NCBI GenBank assembly: GCA_963847625.1
Contig: CAWKAR010000021.1
Span: forward strand, 960 to 64,959
Origin: a candidate division FCPU426 bacterium
Lineage (GTDB): Bacteria > Oederibacteriota > Muellerivitia > Muellerivitales > Muellerivitaceae
Direction: 5' to 3'
Length of the DNA: 64,000 bases
In this document: in pieces, positions 27,590 to 38,772 of the stretch
Layout of the letters: every line of letters starts with the position of its first letter
How positions within the stretch are numbered: position 1 is the stretch's first letter
Position numbers and translations under genes: made by a program
The notes under the pieces: generated by a model
What the model was told of the DNA's origin: nothing
The model's input: only the letters and a program-made list of their open reading frames with translations
The model's database searches: none

Positions 27590-28183
27590 TTAAAGGTTTC
27601 CTTTGGTGGAGGGGACACCCTTCACCTTGGCGTCGAAGGCGGCGGCCATCTTCAAAGCCCTCGCGAAGCTTTTGAAGGCGGCCTCCACGATGTGGTGGGT
27701 GTTGCGGCCGTGGATCTTCTCCAGGTGCAGGTTGAATTTGCCGTTGTCGGTGACGGCCTTGAAGAAGTCCTCCACGAGTTCCGTGTCGAAGTTTCCAATC
27801 CTTTTCTTGACGTTCAGGTCCAGCGCGAAGTTCAGGTAACTGCGCCCCCCCAGGTCGACGACGGAGCGCACGAGCGCCTCGTCCAGGGGCACCTCGAAAT
27901 GCCCGTAGCGGGTGATGCCGGCCTTGGCGCCGAGCGCCTTGTCCAGCGCCTGGCCCAGGCAGATGCCGATGTCCTCCACCGTATGGTGGTCGTCCACGTG
28001 CGTGTCGCCCTTGGCCGATACCTTGAGGTCGAAACCGCTGTGCTTGCTGAAGGCTTCCAGCATGTGGGAAAGGAAGGGAACGGGGGTCTTGACCTTCTGG
28101 GCGCCCGTGCCGTCGAGGTTCAACGACAGTTCAATATCGGTTTCCCTGGTCTTACGCTTGACGACGGCGGTGCGGCTTTTCAT
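27590..28183 (-). CDS. hisB: Imidazoleglycerol-phosphate dehydratase HisB
   Basis: RKTRETDI...HH..EA.FKA.ARAL motifs. Confidence 0.95.
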   Translation of the reverse strand: MKSRTAVVKRKTRETDIELSLNLDGTGAQKVKTPVPFLSHMLEAFSKHSGFDLKVSAKGDTHVDDHHTVEDIGICLGQALDKALGAKAGITRYGHFEVPLDEALVRSVVDLGGRSYLNFALDLNVKKRIGNFDTELVEDFFKAVTDNGKFNLHLEKIHGRNTHHIVEAAFKSFARALKMAAAFDAKVKGVPSTKGNL

Positions 28184-28203
28184 CGCGGGCCTCGAACATC
28201 AAT

Positions 28204-29286
28204 TTAAAATTCAAATTTTAAAATGGCTTTTAGATTTTTTAAGAGCTTGTCGTTTTGTTCCGGCGTTCCCACCGTGATTCTCAAGGCGCCCTTGAGCCTC
28301 GGGTGGAGGAAGTATCTTACCAAAATACTTCTTTTTTTGAGATTTTTATAAAGGGCCTCGGCGCTTTTTCCCCCGGGCCGGAATGCCAGCAGGAAATTCG
28401 ACTGGCTTCTGGGAACGATGAAACCGGTCCTTATCAGGGCCAGCGCCAACCGGCTTCTCTCCCGCTTTATTTTTTTTATTTTTTCCTTCATGTCCCCCAG
28501 ACCCGCGGGGCTGAGGGCCGCGGCGGCGGCGGCCTGGCTCATCCGGTTGACGTTATAGGAATCCTTGACCTTCATGATTTGGCGTACTACTTCCGGATGG
28601 CCCAGCGCATAGCCCAGCCTCACACCCGCCAGGGAGAAGGATTTGGACATGGTTCTCAGGATGATCACGTTGGGGCGGGTCCTAGCGATGGTGAGGCAGT
28701 TCCGGTCCGAGAAATCCACGTAGGCTTCATCGATGAGTACCAAGCCCCCGGCCTGATCGCAGAAAGACGCGGTTTCCTTTAAATCGAAGCAATTTCCCAC
28801 GGGCGGGTTGGGATAACCCCATAGGGTCAATTTCGCCTTTTTCGAGAAATGCTCGAAGGGGAGGTTGAGGGAGTCATCCAACCGGACTTCCCGGATCTTG
28901 GCCTCGCTGAACTTGGCCAGCACGGGATAAAGGCTGTAGGTCAGGTCCGGGAACTGGACCAAATCCCCCTTCCCCAAGACCGCGCGGAACAAGAGGGCCA
29001 GGATCTCGTCCGAGCCGTTCCCCACCAGGATGCCTTCCAGGGGCCAGCGGTGGATCTTGGACAGGGCCTTGCGAAGGGTGTCCGCGGTGGGTTCGGGATA
29101 CAACCTCAGCCTGAAATCCGCCTGGGCCTTGACCGCTTTTAAAACCGCCGCCGAGGGAGGATAGGGATTTTCGTTGGTGTTGAGTTTGACCGTGGAAAGG
29201 TCCGTGGGCTGTTCCCCGGGGGTGTAACCCTTCATTTTCAAAACAGCCGGCCGGAACCAATGTTTCAATCGAATCGAGGAACCCAT
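28204..29286 (-). CDS. hisC: Histidinol-phosphate aminotransferase HisC
   Basis: 360-aa class II aminotransferase (SKSF.LAG.R.GY) in his-operon context. Confidence 0.9.
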   Translation of the reverse strand: MGSSIRLKHWFRPAVLKMKGYTPGEQPTDLSTVKLNTNENPYPPSAAVLKAVKAQADFRLRLYPEPTADTLRKALSKIHRWPLEGILVGNGSDEILALLFRAVLGKGDLVQFPDLTYSLYPVLAKFSEAKIREVRLDDSLNLPFEHFSKKAKLTLWGYPNPPVGNCFDLKETASFCDQAGGLVLIDEAYVDFSDRNCLTIARTRPNVIILRTMSKSFSLAGVRLGYALGHPEVVRQIMKVKDSYNVNRMSQAAAAAALSPAGLGDMKEKIKKIKRERSRLALALIRTGFIVPRSQSNFLLAFRPGGKSAEALYKNLKKRSILVRYFLHPRLKGALRITVGTPEQNDKLLKNLKAILKFEF

Positions 29287-29304
29287 GGCGACCCCAGTTA
29301 GTTG

Positions 29305-30666
29305 TTAATGTTTTGGATTATCGAATTTTTCCAACCGGTAACACACGCTCCGGGCGTGGGCGCCCAGGCCCTCTTCCTGCGCGAAATCCACCGTCGCTTG
29401 GCCCATGGCCTTCACGCCTGCTGTTTTCACTTCCAGCAGGTTGGTGCGCTTGAGGAAGTCGAACACCGAAAGGCCCGAGGAAAAGCGGGCGGTCCCGCCC
29501 GTGGGCAGGACGTGGTTGGGCCCGGCGGTATAGTCGCCGAACGCCTCGGAAGTGAGGGGGCCGATGAAGATGGCTCCCGCGTGCCTCAAGCCTGATAGCC
29601 ACTTCCGGGCGCCCTTGGCCAGGATTTCCAGGTGCTCGGGCGCGAAACGGTTGGCGAACTCCTGCGCCTGCCTGCGGTTTTTTACGAGAATGACGGCGCC
29701 CCGGCTGACCAGGGAAGCCGCCGCGATGCTTTCGCGCCTCAGGAATTGCAACTGCCATTCCACTTGCCGGACTGTCTCCAGGGCGTACTTCCGGTTGAAG
29801 GTGGCCATAAGCGGCATGGCCATTTCATCGTGCTCGGCCTGGGCCAACAGGTCCGCGGCCGCCCAGGCGGCCTCTACGGTCCCGTCCGCGAGGACCAGCA
29901 CCTCGCTGGGCCCGGGAAAACCGTCGATGCCCACCTGGCCGAAAACCCTGCGCTTGGCGAGCGCCACGAAAAGGTTGCTGGGCCCGGTGATCTTGTCCAC
30001 CGCCGGGACCGACTGGGTGCCGTAGGCCAGGGCCGCGATAGCCTGTGCCCCGCCGATCTTGAGAATGGTGTCCGCTCCCGACAAATGGGCCGCGGCCAGG
30101 ACGGCCGGGTTGACCTTGCCGTCTTTTTTGACCGGCGTGACCAGCACGATTTCCTTGACGCCCGCCACCTTGGCGGGAATGACGTTCATGATGACCGACG
30201 AGGGGTAGGAGGCCAGCCCTCCCGGCACGTAGAGGCCCACCCGGTCCAGCGGCGTCCAGCGCTGTCCCAAGCCGGTTCTTTGGCCGTTCTGGAACCAATT
30301 CGAGGGTTTTTCCTTCGTATGGAAGGCCCGGACGTTGCGAATGGCAGCCTGGATGGCGGCCTTCACCGCGGGGGCCAGGAATTTCAAGGCCTGTTTGATT
30401 TCACCGGCCGTGACGCGGATATTGCGGGCGCTGGCGGCGAAGCTGTCGAACTTGCGGCAATAGGCGAATAGGGCGGGGTCCCCCTTGCGGCGCACGTCTT
30501 CCACGATGCGCTCCACCGCCTGTTCCGGGGTCAAATCCCTGCCGAAAACCTTGCGCGTCAAGGCCGACCGGGAACCGGCGCCCTTTAAGGCAAAAAGGGG
30601 CGAGCGCTTCAGCAACCTCTCGATGAGGGACCGGTCTTTTGATTTGTTATAGTCGAGTATCCGCAT
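29305..30666 (-). CDS. hisD: Histidinol dehydrogenase HisD
   Basis: 453 aa with QAEHDE and GDY.AGPNHVLPT motifs. Confidence 0.95.
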   Translation of the reverse strand: MRILDYNKSKDRSLIERLLKRSPLFALKGAGSRSALTRKVFGRDLTPEQAVERIVEDVRRKGDPALFAYCRKFDSFAASARNIRVTAGEIKQALKFLAPAVKAAIQAAIRNVRAFHTKEKPSNWFQNGQRTGLGQRWTPLDRVGLYVPGGLASYPSSVIMNVIPAKVAGVKEIVLVTPVKKDGKVNPAVLAAAHLSGADTILKIGGAQAIAALAYGTQSVPAVDKITGPSNLFVALAKRRVFGQVGIDGFPGPSEVLVLADGTVEAAWAAADLLAQAEHDEMAMPLMATFNRKYALETVRQVEWQLQFLRRESIAAASLVSRGAVILVKNRRQAQEFANRFAPEHLEILAKGARKWLSGLRHAGAIFIGPLTSEAFGDYTAGPNHVLPTGGTARFSSGLSVFDFLKRTNLLEVKTAGVKAMGQATVDFAQEEGLGAHARSVCYRLEKFDNPKH

Positions 30667-30690
30667 TTGGTTCCTCTAATGCTCAATTCA

Positions 30691-30775
30691 GAATGAACAA
30701 TGTAAAATGAAAAATGAACGATATTTTCGATGTTTCTTCATCGAATATTTTTCTTCATTGTACATTCTTCATTTT
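30691..30775. repeat. Imperfect palindrome built from AATGRAN heptamers (between murA and hisD)
   Basis: GAATGAACAATGTAAAATGAAAAATGAAC ... is mirrored by CTTCATTGTACATTCTTCATT. Confidence 0.6.
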
Positions 30776-30781
30776 AAATTA

Positions 30782-32041
<1,260 letters not shown>

Positions 32042-32190
32042 TTTTTACCCCTAATTCTACCTGGGAGGCGCGGAGGGCGCTCAAAAGGGCCCAAATAAAA
32101 AAACCGTCCTTTCGACGGCCTTCCGCTATCCGGGTGATTCAATTTTTTTCCTGCGCGGGCCTTTGCGGCCACGGATGAAAATAAAAAAAA

Positions 32191-32569
32191 GGAAGCAGGT
32201 CATAAGCCGAATTCTGTGAATGTGACCATTTCTCTTGCGGATACCGTTGCCGGCCCCGTCTTTGCGATCATACCCGAAGGCCTCCCTTTCCTGTTTGGAA
32301 AAGGATGGGACGGACAGCCCCACAGCCTCCCTATTTGATCTTGCTCCGGATGGGGTTTGCAATGCCGCCTCCATCGCTGGAGACGCGGTGGGCTCTTACC
32401 CCACCTTTTCACCCTTACCCCCCTTTCGGAAGGCGGTTTGTTTTCTGTTGCACTTTCCTTCGCCATTGTCGTGGCGACTGGGCGTTACCCAGCATCTTGT
32501 CCTGCGGAGTTCGGACTTTCCTCACCCCCGGGCCCGAAGGTCCGGGAAGCGCGGTCACGGCCTGCTTCC
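32191..32569 (-). ncRNA. rnpB: RNase P RNA (bacterial type A)
   Basis: The minus strand contains GAGGAAAGUCCG (P4 5' strand, ~32505-32525) and ACAGAAUUCGGCUUAU (P4 3' strand, ~32203-32218). P1 pairs GGAAGCAGG... with ...CCUGCUUCC, followed by a U-run. The ORFs drawn here are spurious. Confidence 0.9.
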
Positions 32570-32632
32570 AAGGGAATGATAAAGCCAAAAAGGGCCAAAA
32601 TCCAGCGCGGGAAAGCCGGGAATGGAAAGTTT

Positions 32633-33049
32633 CTATTCCAATCGTTCGGCAAAATGCCGGTCGATGCCCTCGTTGGCCAGTTTATCCGCCGCCTTGTTGA
32701 GTTCCCGGGGGACATGCTTGAACCCCACCACCGTCAAGTGGGCGAGGTACTTCCTGGCTTTCTGGTGCAGGGGAATGATGTTCGGGTGCTTGACCTTGTA
32801 CTCGCCGGCCATTTGCCTGATGAGCAACTGGCTGTCGGCGAGGATTTCAACAGGGGATATTTTTTTCTTCACGCAATATTCCAGCGCCGCCAGCAGGGCC
32901 TCGTACTCAGCCACGTTGTTGGTGGTTTCCCCGATGTATTTGGCGATTTCGTGGAGGGTTTTTCCCTTTTCATCCAGGATCACCGCCCCGATGCCCGCCG
33001 GGCCAGGATTTCCCCGGGAAGCGCCGTCGCTATAGATTTGGTAAGGCAC
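32633..33049 (-). CDS. rnhA: Ribonuclease HI
   Basis: 138 aa. YSDGASRGNPGPAGIGAVI...NN.AEY.ALL.AL... Confidence 0.85.
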   Translation of the reverse strand: MPYQIYSDGASRGNPGPAGIGAVILDEKGKTLHEIAKYIGETTNNVAEYEALLAALEYCVKKKISPVEILADSQLLIRQMAGEYKVKHPNIIPLHQKARKYLAHLTVVGFKHVPRELNKAADKLANEGIDRHFAERLE

Positions 33050-33125
33050 ACACCCTCCGGGAATTATGAATTTTGAGTTCTTAATTTTAAATTAAGGAAA
33101 ATTACACCTGTCCAAAATAAATCTA

Positions 33126-33319
33126 GCCACGGATGCATGGGATTCATGGGATAAATAAAACACAAATTTAAAGCCCTTTTTCTTTGGCCTATCTAAATGC
33201 ATCCCCTGCATCTGTGGCTGAGAAGGGTTTGCCTTAGCAGATCATTCATAATTCAAAATTTAGAATTCATAATTCATTCCTGGATTTTTGGAATGTCATG
33301 CATCCCCTGAATCCGTGGC
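33126..33319. repeat. M2 composite MITE-like repeat, copy b
   Basis: Runs from GCCACGGATGCATGGGAT to CATCCCCTGAATCCGTGGC. The right ~120 bp is identical to copy a. Confidence 0.7.
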
Positions 33320-33482
33320 AAAGGACTAGGTTTTGCTTAACACTTTTTAGACTTAAGAATTCCTTATTTTATTTATCTTTGTTCACTCAGTTTTGTTTTA
33401 CTTGGTCAACAATGAAGCTAAATATTAAATCTTCGATTTAATATTTGACCACAATTTAAAATTCAAAATTTAAAACTTAAAA

Positions 33483-34289
33483 TTAAATACGAAGCGTTTT
33501 ACGGATGGAAAGAGCGTCTTTCAGGATCTGCCGGAAAGTTTCAAAGGTAATCTGGGTGGCGGCGTCGGACTTGGCCTTGGGCGGGTTGGGATGTACTTCC
33601 AGGAAAAGGCCGTCCACGCCCGCGGCCACGGCCGCGCGGGCCAGCATCGGCACGTGCTCCCGAGTGCCGCCCGAGGATGTGCCCTTGGCGGCGGGCTGCT
33701 GGACGCTGTGGGTGCCGTCGAAAACCACCGGACAGCCGGTTTTTTTCATTTCCGGGATTCCCCGGAAATCCACCACCAGGTTGTTGTATCCGAAGGAGGT
33801 GCCGCGCTCGGTCAGCCAGACGTTCTTTTGGCCCACACTGCGCAATTTCTTCACGACGTTTTCCATTTCACGGGGGGCCATGAACTGGCCCTTCTTGACG
33901 TTCACGGCTTTTCCGTGCCGCCCCGCTTCCAGCAGGAGGCTGGTCTGGCGGGAAAGAAACGCGGGGATCTGGAGCACGTCCGCCACCCATGCGGCCCGCT
34001 TGACCTCGGAAATCTCATGGACATCGGCAAGGATGGGGATTCCCAGCGTCACTTTCACTCTCGCCAGGATCTCCAGCCCCTCTTCCAAACCGGGGCCCCT
34101 GAAACTATCCCCCGAGCTCCGGTTGGCCTTGTCATAGGAGGCCTTGAAGACCAGGGGTATTCCCAATTTATCCGTGATGCCCTTGATGGTCCTGGCGGTC
34201 TTGAGCAGGAATTTCTCGCCCTCGATCACGCAGGGCCCCGCGATCACGAAGAACCTGCCCTTTTTCCCCAACCGGGTGACATCGATCAT
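33483..34289 (-). CDS. kdsA: 3-deoxy-8-phosphooctulonate (KDO-8-P) synthase KdsA
   Basis: 268 aa. FVIAGPC.IE...FKASYDKANRSS... Confidence 0.93.
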   Translation of the reverse strand: MIDVTRLGKKGRFFVIAGPCVIEGEKFLLKTARTIKGITDKLGIPLVFKASYDKANRSSGDSFRGPGLEEGLEILARVKVTLGIPILADVHEISEVKRAAWVADVLQIPAFLSRQTSLLLEAGRHGKAVNVKKGQFMAPREMENVVKKLRSVGQKNVWLTERGTSFGYNNLVVDFRGIPEMKKTGCPVVFDGTHSVQQPAAKGTSSGGTREHVPMLARAAVAAGVDGLFLEVHPNPPKAKSDAATQITFETFRQILKDALSIRKTLRI

Positions 34290-34310
34290 TCAAAATCCTT
34301 TCAACGGTAG

Positions 34311-34462
34311 TTGTCATTGCGACGAGTGGCCGCCGAATAGGCGGACGATAACGAGGAAGCAACCCCAGTATAAATAAACCTTATCGCAGTCCAAAGCGAA
34401 CAACTTACTGAGGTCGCCACGTCGGCAACCGCTCCGATTGGAGCGCCTCCTCGCGATGACAA
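34311..34462. repeat. M3 MITE-like repeat (TTGTCATTGCGA ... TCGCGATGACAA), copy a
   Basis: Terminal inverted repeats. The internal sequence is related to 53323-53446. Confidence 0.6.
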
Positions 34463-34490
34463 ATTGATTAAAATGCTAACGTCTATCAGC

Positions 34491-36125
<1,635 letters not shown>

Positions 36126-36175
36126 CTATTCTTAAATTGCCATGCCGCTACCGCCCCTATCGGGGCCGCTTCTTG

Positions 36176-36910
36176 CTAATTCTTTTTCCTGAGGTACTGT
36201 TCCACTTTCTTTACGTCCGCGGGAACATCCACCGCGATGGATTCCACCTTTCTCACGGCCGCCCGGATAACAACCCCGTTTTCCATGGCCCGCAATTGTT
36301 CCAGTTTTTCCGTCAATTCCAGGGGCGTGGGTTTCAAACCGGCCATTTTTAACAGCCAGGGAACCCGGTACCCGTAAAGCCCCATATGCTTGTAGGCCTT
36401 CGGCATGCCCCCCTCCCGGGGATGGGGAATGGGGGCCCGGGAGAAATAAAGCACGTCGCCCTTCGGCCCCAAAACCGCCTTCACCACGTTGGGGTCCAGC
36501 CACTGTTTCCTGTCCGAAAGGGGGATCACCACGGTGGACATGAGCACGCATGGGTCCTTTTCCAATACCTCGACTGCCGCATCAATGGCCTGCGGGGCCA
36601 TTACCGGTTCATCCCCTTGGATGTTCACCACGATATCCAGCTTCAAACCCCGGACCGCCCAGGCGATCCGGTCGGTTCCGGATTTCAACGAGGAAGGCGT
36701 CATGACCGCCCTGGCCCCGGTCTTTTCCACGGCTTGGGCGATGCGGCGGTCGTCGGTAGCCACCCAAACCCCGCCCAGCCGCCTGGCCTTTTGCGCCTGG
36801 CGGACCACCCTTACGATCATGGGGATACCCGCGATCAGGGCCAAAGGCTTGCCCGGGAAACGCTTGGCGGCGTATCTCGACGGTATGATCCCGATAACCT
36901 TATTCCTCAT
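36176..36910 (-). CDS. kdsB: 3-deoxy-manno-octulosonate cytidylyltransferase KdsB
   Basis: 244 aa. IIPSRYAAKRFPGKPL...NIQGDEP... Confidence 0.93.
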   Translation of the reverse strand: MRNKVIGIIPSRYAAKRFPGKPLALIAGIPMIVRVVRQAQKARRLGGVWVATDDRRIAQAVEKTGARAVMTPSSLKSGTDRIAWAVRGLKLDIVVNIQGDEPVMAPQAIDAAVEVLEKDPCVLMSTVVIPLSDRKQWLDPNVVKAVLGPKGDVLYFSRAPIPHPREGGMPKAYKHMGLYGYRVPWLLKMAGLKPTPLELTEKLEQLRAMENGVVIRAAVRKVESIAVDVPADVKKVEQYLRKKN

Positions 36911-36950
36911 TTCCCGGCCTTTCTTGTTTCATCTCCCCGCGTTTCCCCAT

Positions 36951-37024
36951 GCCAGCCTTCCATAAAGCTGTTATTGAGGCTGGTATAGTACCGATCTCAT
37001 TATATTTTTATGGATGATCGGCAC
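36951..37024 (-). repeat. S element, copy S5
   Basis: Reads GCCAGCC-loop-GGCTGGT, ATA, GTACCGAT-loop-ATCGGCAC. Confidence 0.7.
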
Positions 37025-37035
37025 ATTCCTCATTC

Positions 37036-37527
37036 CTAATTTTTATTTTTTTGGCCGTATCTTTGAACCACCAACTCGATGAGGTTCGTCGTCGAGCGGC
37101 CTTTTACGACGGGTATGTTCATGACTTTCCCGCCCCTGGCCCGCACCAAGTCCGCCCCGATAATCTTGTCGAGTGCCCAATCCCCTCCCTTGACCAGCAC
37201 GTCGGGTTGGAGGATTTGGATGACCTTATAGGGATTGTCTTCATCGAAAGAGGTGGCGTAATCCACGCAGGTGAGGGCCAATAACATTTCGGCGCGTTCT
37301 GCCAGCGGAAGGAGGGGTTTCAGGGGGCCCTTGATGCGTTTGACCGAGGCGTCGGAATTGAGCCCCACCACGAGCAAATCGCCCTGTTTGCGGGCTTCCT
37401 GGAGATAGGTGACATGGCCCAAATGGAGAAGGTCGAAGACTCCGTTGGTGAAGACTACTTTTTGACCTTGATTTTGAAGGTTTTTAAGGACAGGCGCTAA
37501 TTTGGAAGGCTCTAAAAAATGATCCAA
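37036..37527 (-). CDS. hldC: D-beta-D-heptose 1-phosphate adenylyltransferase (RfaE domain II type), copy 1
   Basis: 163 aa. VVFTNGVFDLLHLGHVTYLQEAR... Confidence 0.85.
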   Translation of the reverse strand: MDHFLEPSKLAPVLKNLQNQGQKVVFTNGVFDLLHLGHVTYLQEARKQGDLLVVGLNSDASVKRIKGPLKPLLPLAERAEMLLALTCVDYATSFDEDNPYKVIQILQPDVLVKGGDWALDKIIGADLVRARGGKVMNIPVVKGRSTTNLIELVVQRYGQKNKN

Positions 37528-37617
37528 TTCATCTCAACTTCACTTGGGATATTTGATTATAGGGAAAGACTCGGGAAGTAGCAACCTGAACTTTCCACCG
37601 ACAACATAATTTTAAAT

Positions 37618-38672
37618 CCCGAGTTCCATAAGTAAGTGCAACACTTAGTGTCTGAAGAAGGCCGCATGAATAGGATATGCGGCTATGAAAAAGAAATACA
37701 AGCATTTAAGCGTTGAAGAAAGAGATCATTTATCCGTCTTGAAAGGAAAGGGTCTTAGCCTTCGAGCAATTTCACGCGCCTTGAAGAGGTCTCCTTCCAC
37801 CCTCTCCAGGGAACTCAAGCGCAATGCTCCCCCTATCCGTTCTGGTTATTATCTTTCTCATCGAGCCCATCAACGGTATGTTGACCGCAACCAACAACGA
37901 GCACGCCGTTTACGCCTGAAAACAAAACGAATTCGTGCCTACGTCCGTCGTCAATTGAAACGAGGCTGGTCTCCAGAACTCATTTCAGGTCGATTAGGTC
38001 ACCTACGGCCTAAGCAAACCATTGGTCCTGAAGCTATCTATCAGTGGGTTTATGCTGAAGCCACTGAGCTGATTCCTTGCCTAGTTCGACACCACCGGCG
38101 ACGATTCTCATTTGGCCATAGCCGTAAGCACGCCAAAAACCATATCCCAGGCCGTGTTTCCATCGATAAGCGCTCCGAGATCGCCAATCAACGCAAGCAA
38201 TTCGGCCATTGGGAAACCGACACCATGGTCTCTCGTCAGAGTAAAGTGGCTATGCGGGCTCTCGTCGAGCGTCAAAGCCGTTTTTCCAAGTTGGGAAAGC
38301 TCAAACGAAAGACCGCTCGCCAAATGAGTCATAGCCTCAACCGCGCTTTATGCCGCTTCCCTCAAGACGCCCGCCTGAGTCTGACCTATGACAACGGAAC
38401 CGAAAACACCAACCACTTGGAAACCAACCACGTGCTTGGTACAAAATCCTTTTTCTGCGCCCCTTTCCACAGTTGGGAAAAAGGTACGGTGGAAAATACT
38501 ATCGGTCTTGTCCGCCGCCATTTGCCTAAAAAGACTGATCTTGCTAAAGTGTCCTTCAAAGAATTCAGGACCATAGAAAGATGGCTCAATAACAGGCCCA
38601 GGAAATGTTTGGGCTTTAAAACTCCGGCGGAAGTCTTCCGGCGAAGTGTTGCACTTACTCCGTGAATTCGGC
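37618..38672 (+). mobile_element. IS30-family IS, type 2, copy D (1055 bp)
   Basis: Matches 19955-21009. 3-bp target duplication AAT (37615-17 / 38673-75). Inserted between the metallophosphoesterase gene and hldC. Confidence 0.9.
37685..38665 (+). CDS. IS30-family transposase
   Basis: Identical protein to 20022..21002. Confidence 0.92.
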   Translation: MKKKYKHLSVEERDHLSVLKGKGLSLRAISRALKRSPSTLSRELKRNAPPIRSGYYLSHRAHQRYVDRNQQRARRLRLKTKRIRAYVRRQLKRGWSPELISGRLGHLRPKQTIGPEAIYQWVYAEATELIPCLVRHHRRRFSFGHSRKHAKNHIPGRVSIDKRSEIANQRKQFGHWETDTMVSRQSKVAMRALVERQSRFSKLGKLKRKTARQMSHSLNRALCRFPQDARLSLTYDNGTENTNHLETNHVLGTKSFFCAPFHSWEKGTVENTIGLVRRHLPKKTDLAKVSFKEFRTIERWLNNRPRKCLGFKTPAEVFRRSVALTP

Positions 38673-38674
38673 AA

Positions 38675-38760
38675 TGTTAAATTCTAAATTTTGGATCGAT
38701 TTCCGCCTTTCGGAAATCCTCAATAATATAAAATTTAAAATCGAGAATTAAAATTTTTTC
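38675..38760. repeat. AT-rich palindromic element (same family as 7305-7410)
   Basis: Reads AAATTCTAAATTTTGGATCGATTTCCGCCTTTCGGAAATC...AAATTTAAAATCGAGAATTAAAA. Confidence 0.5.
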
Positions 38761-38772
38761 CAAGGAAGGTTT

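Noticed and set aside
32126-32715. Several 76-239-aa ORFs between murA and rnhA
   Set aside because: The region is the RNase P RNA gene, as shown by the conserved P4 strands and P1 pairing. The ORFs are artefacts of a structured G+C-rich RNA gene.
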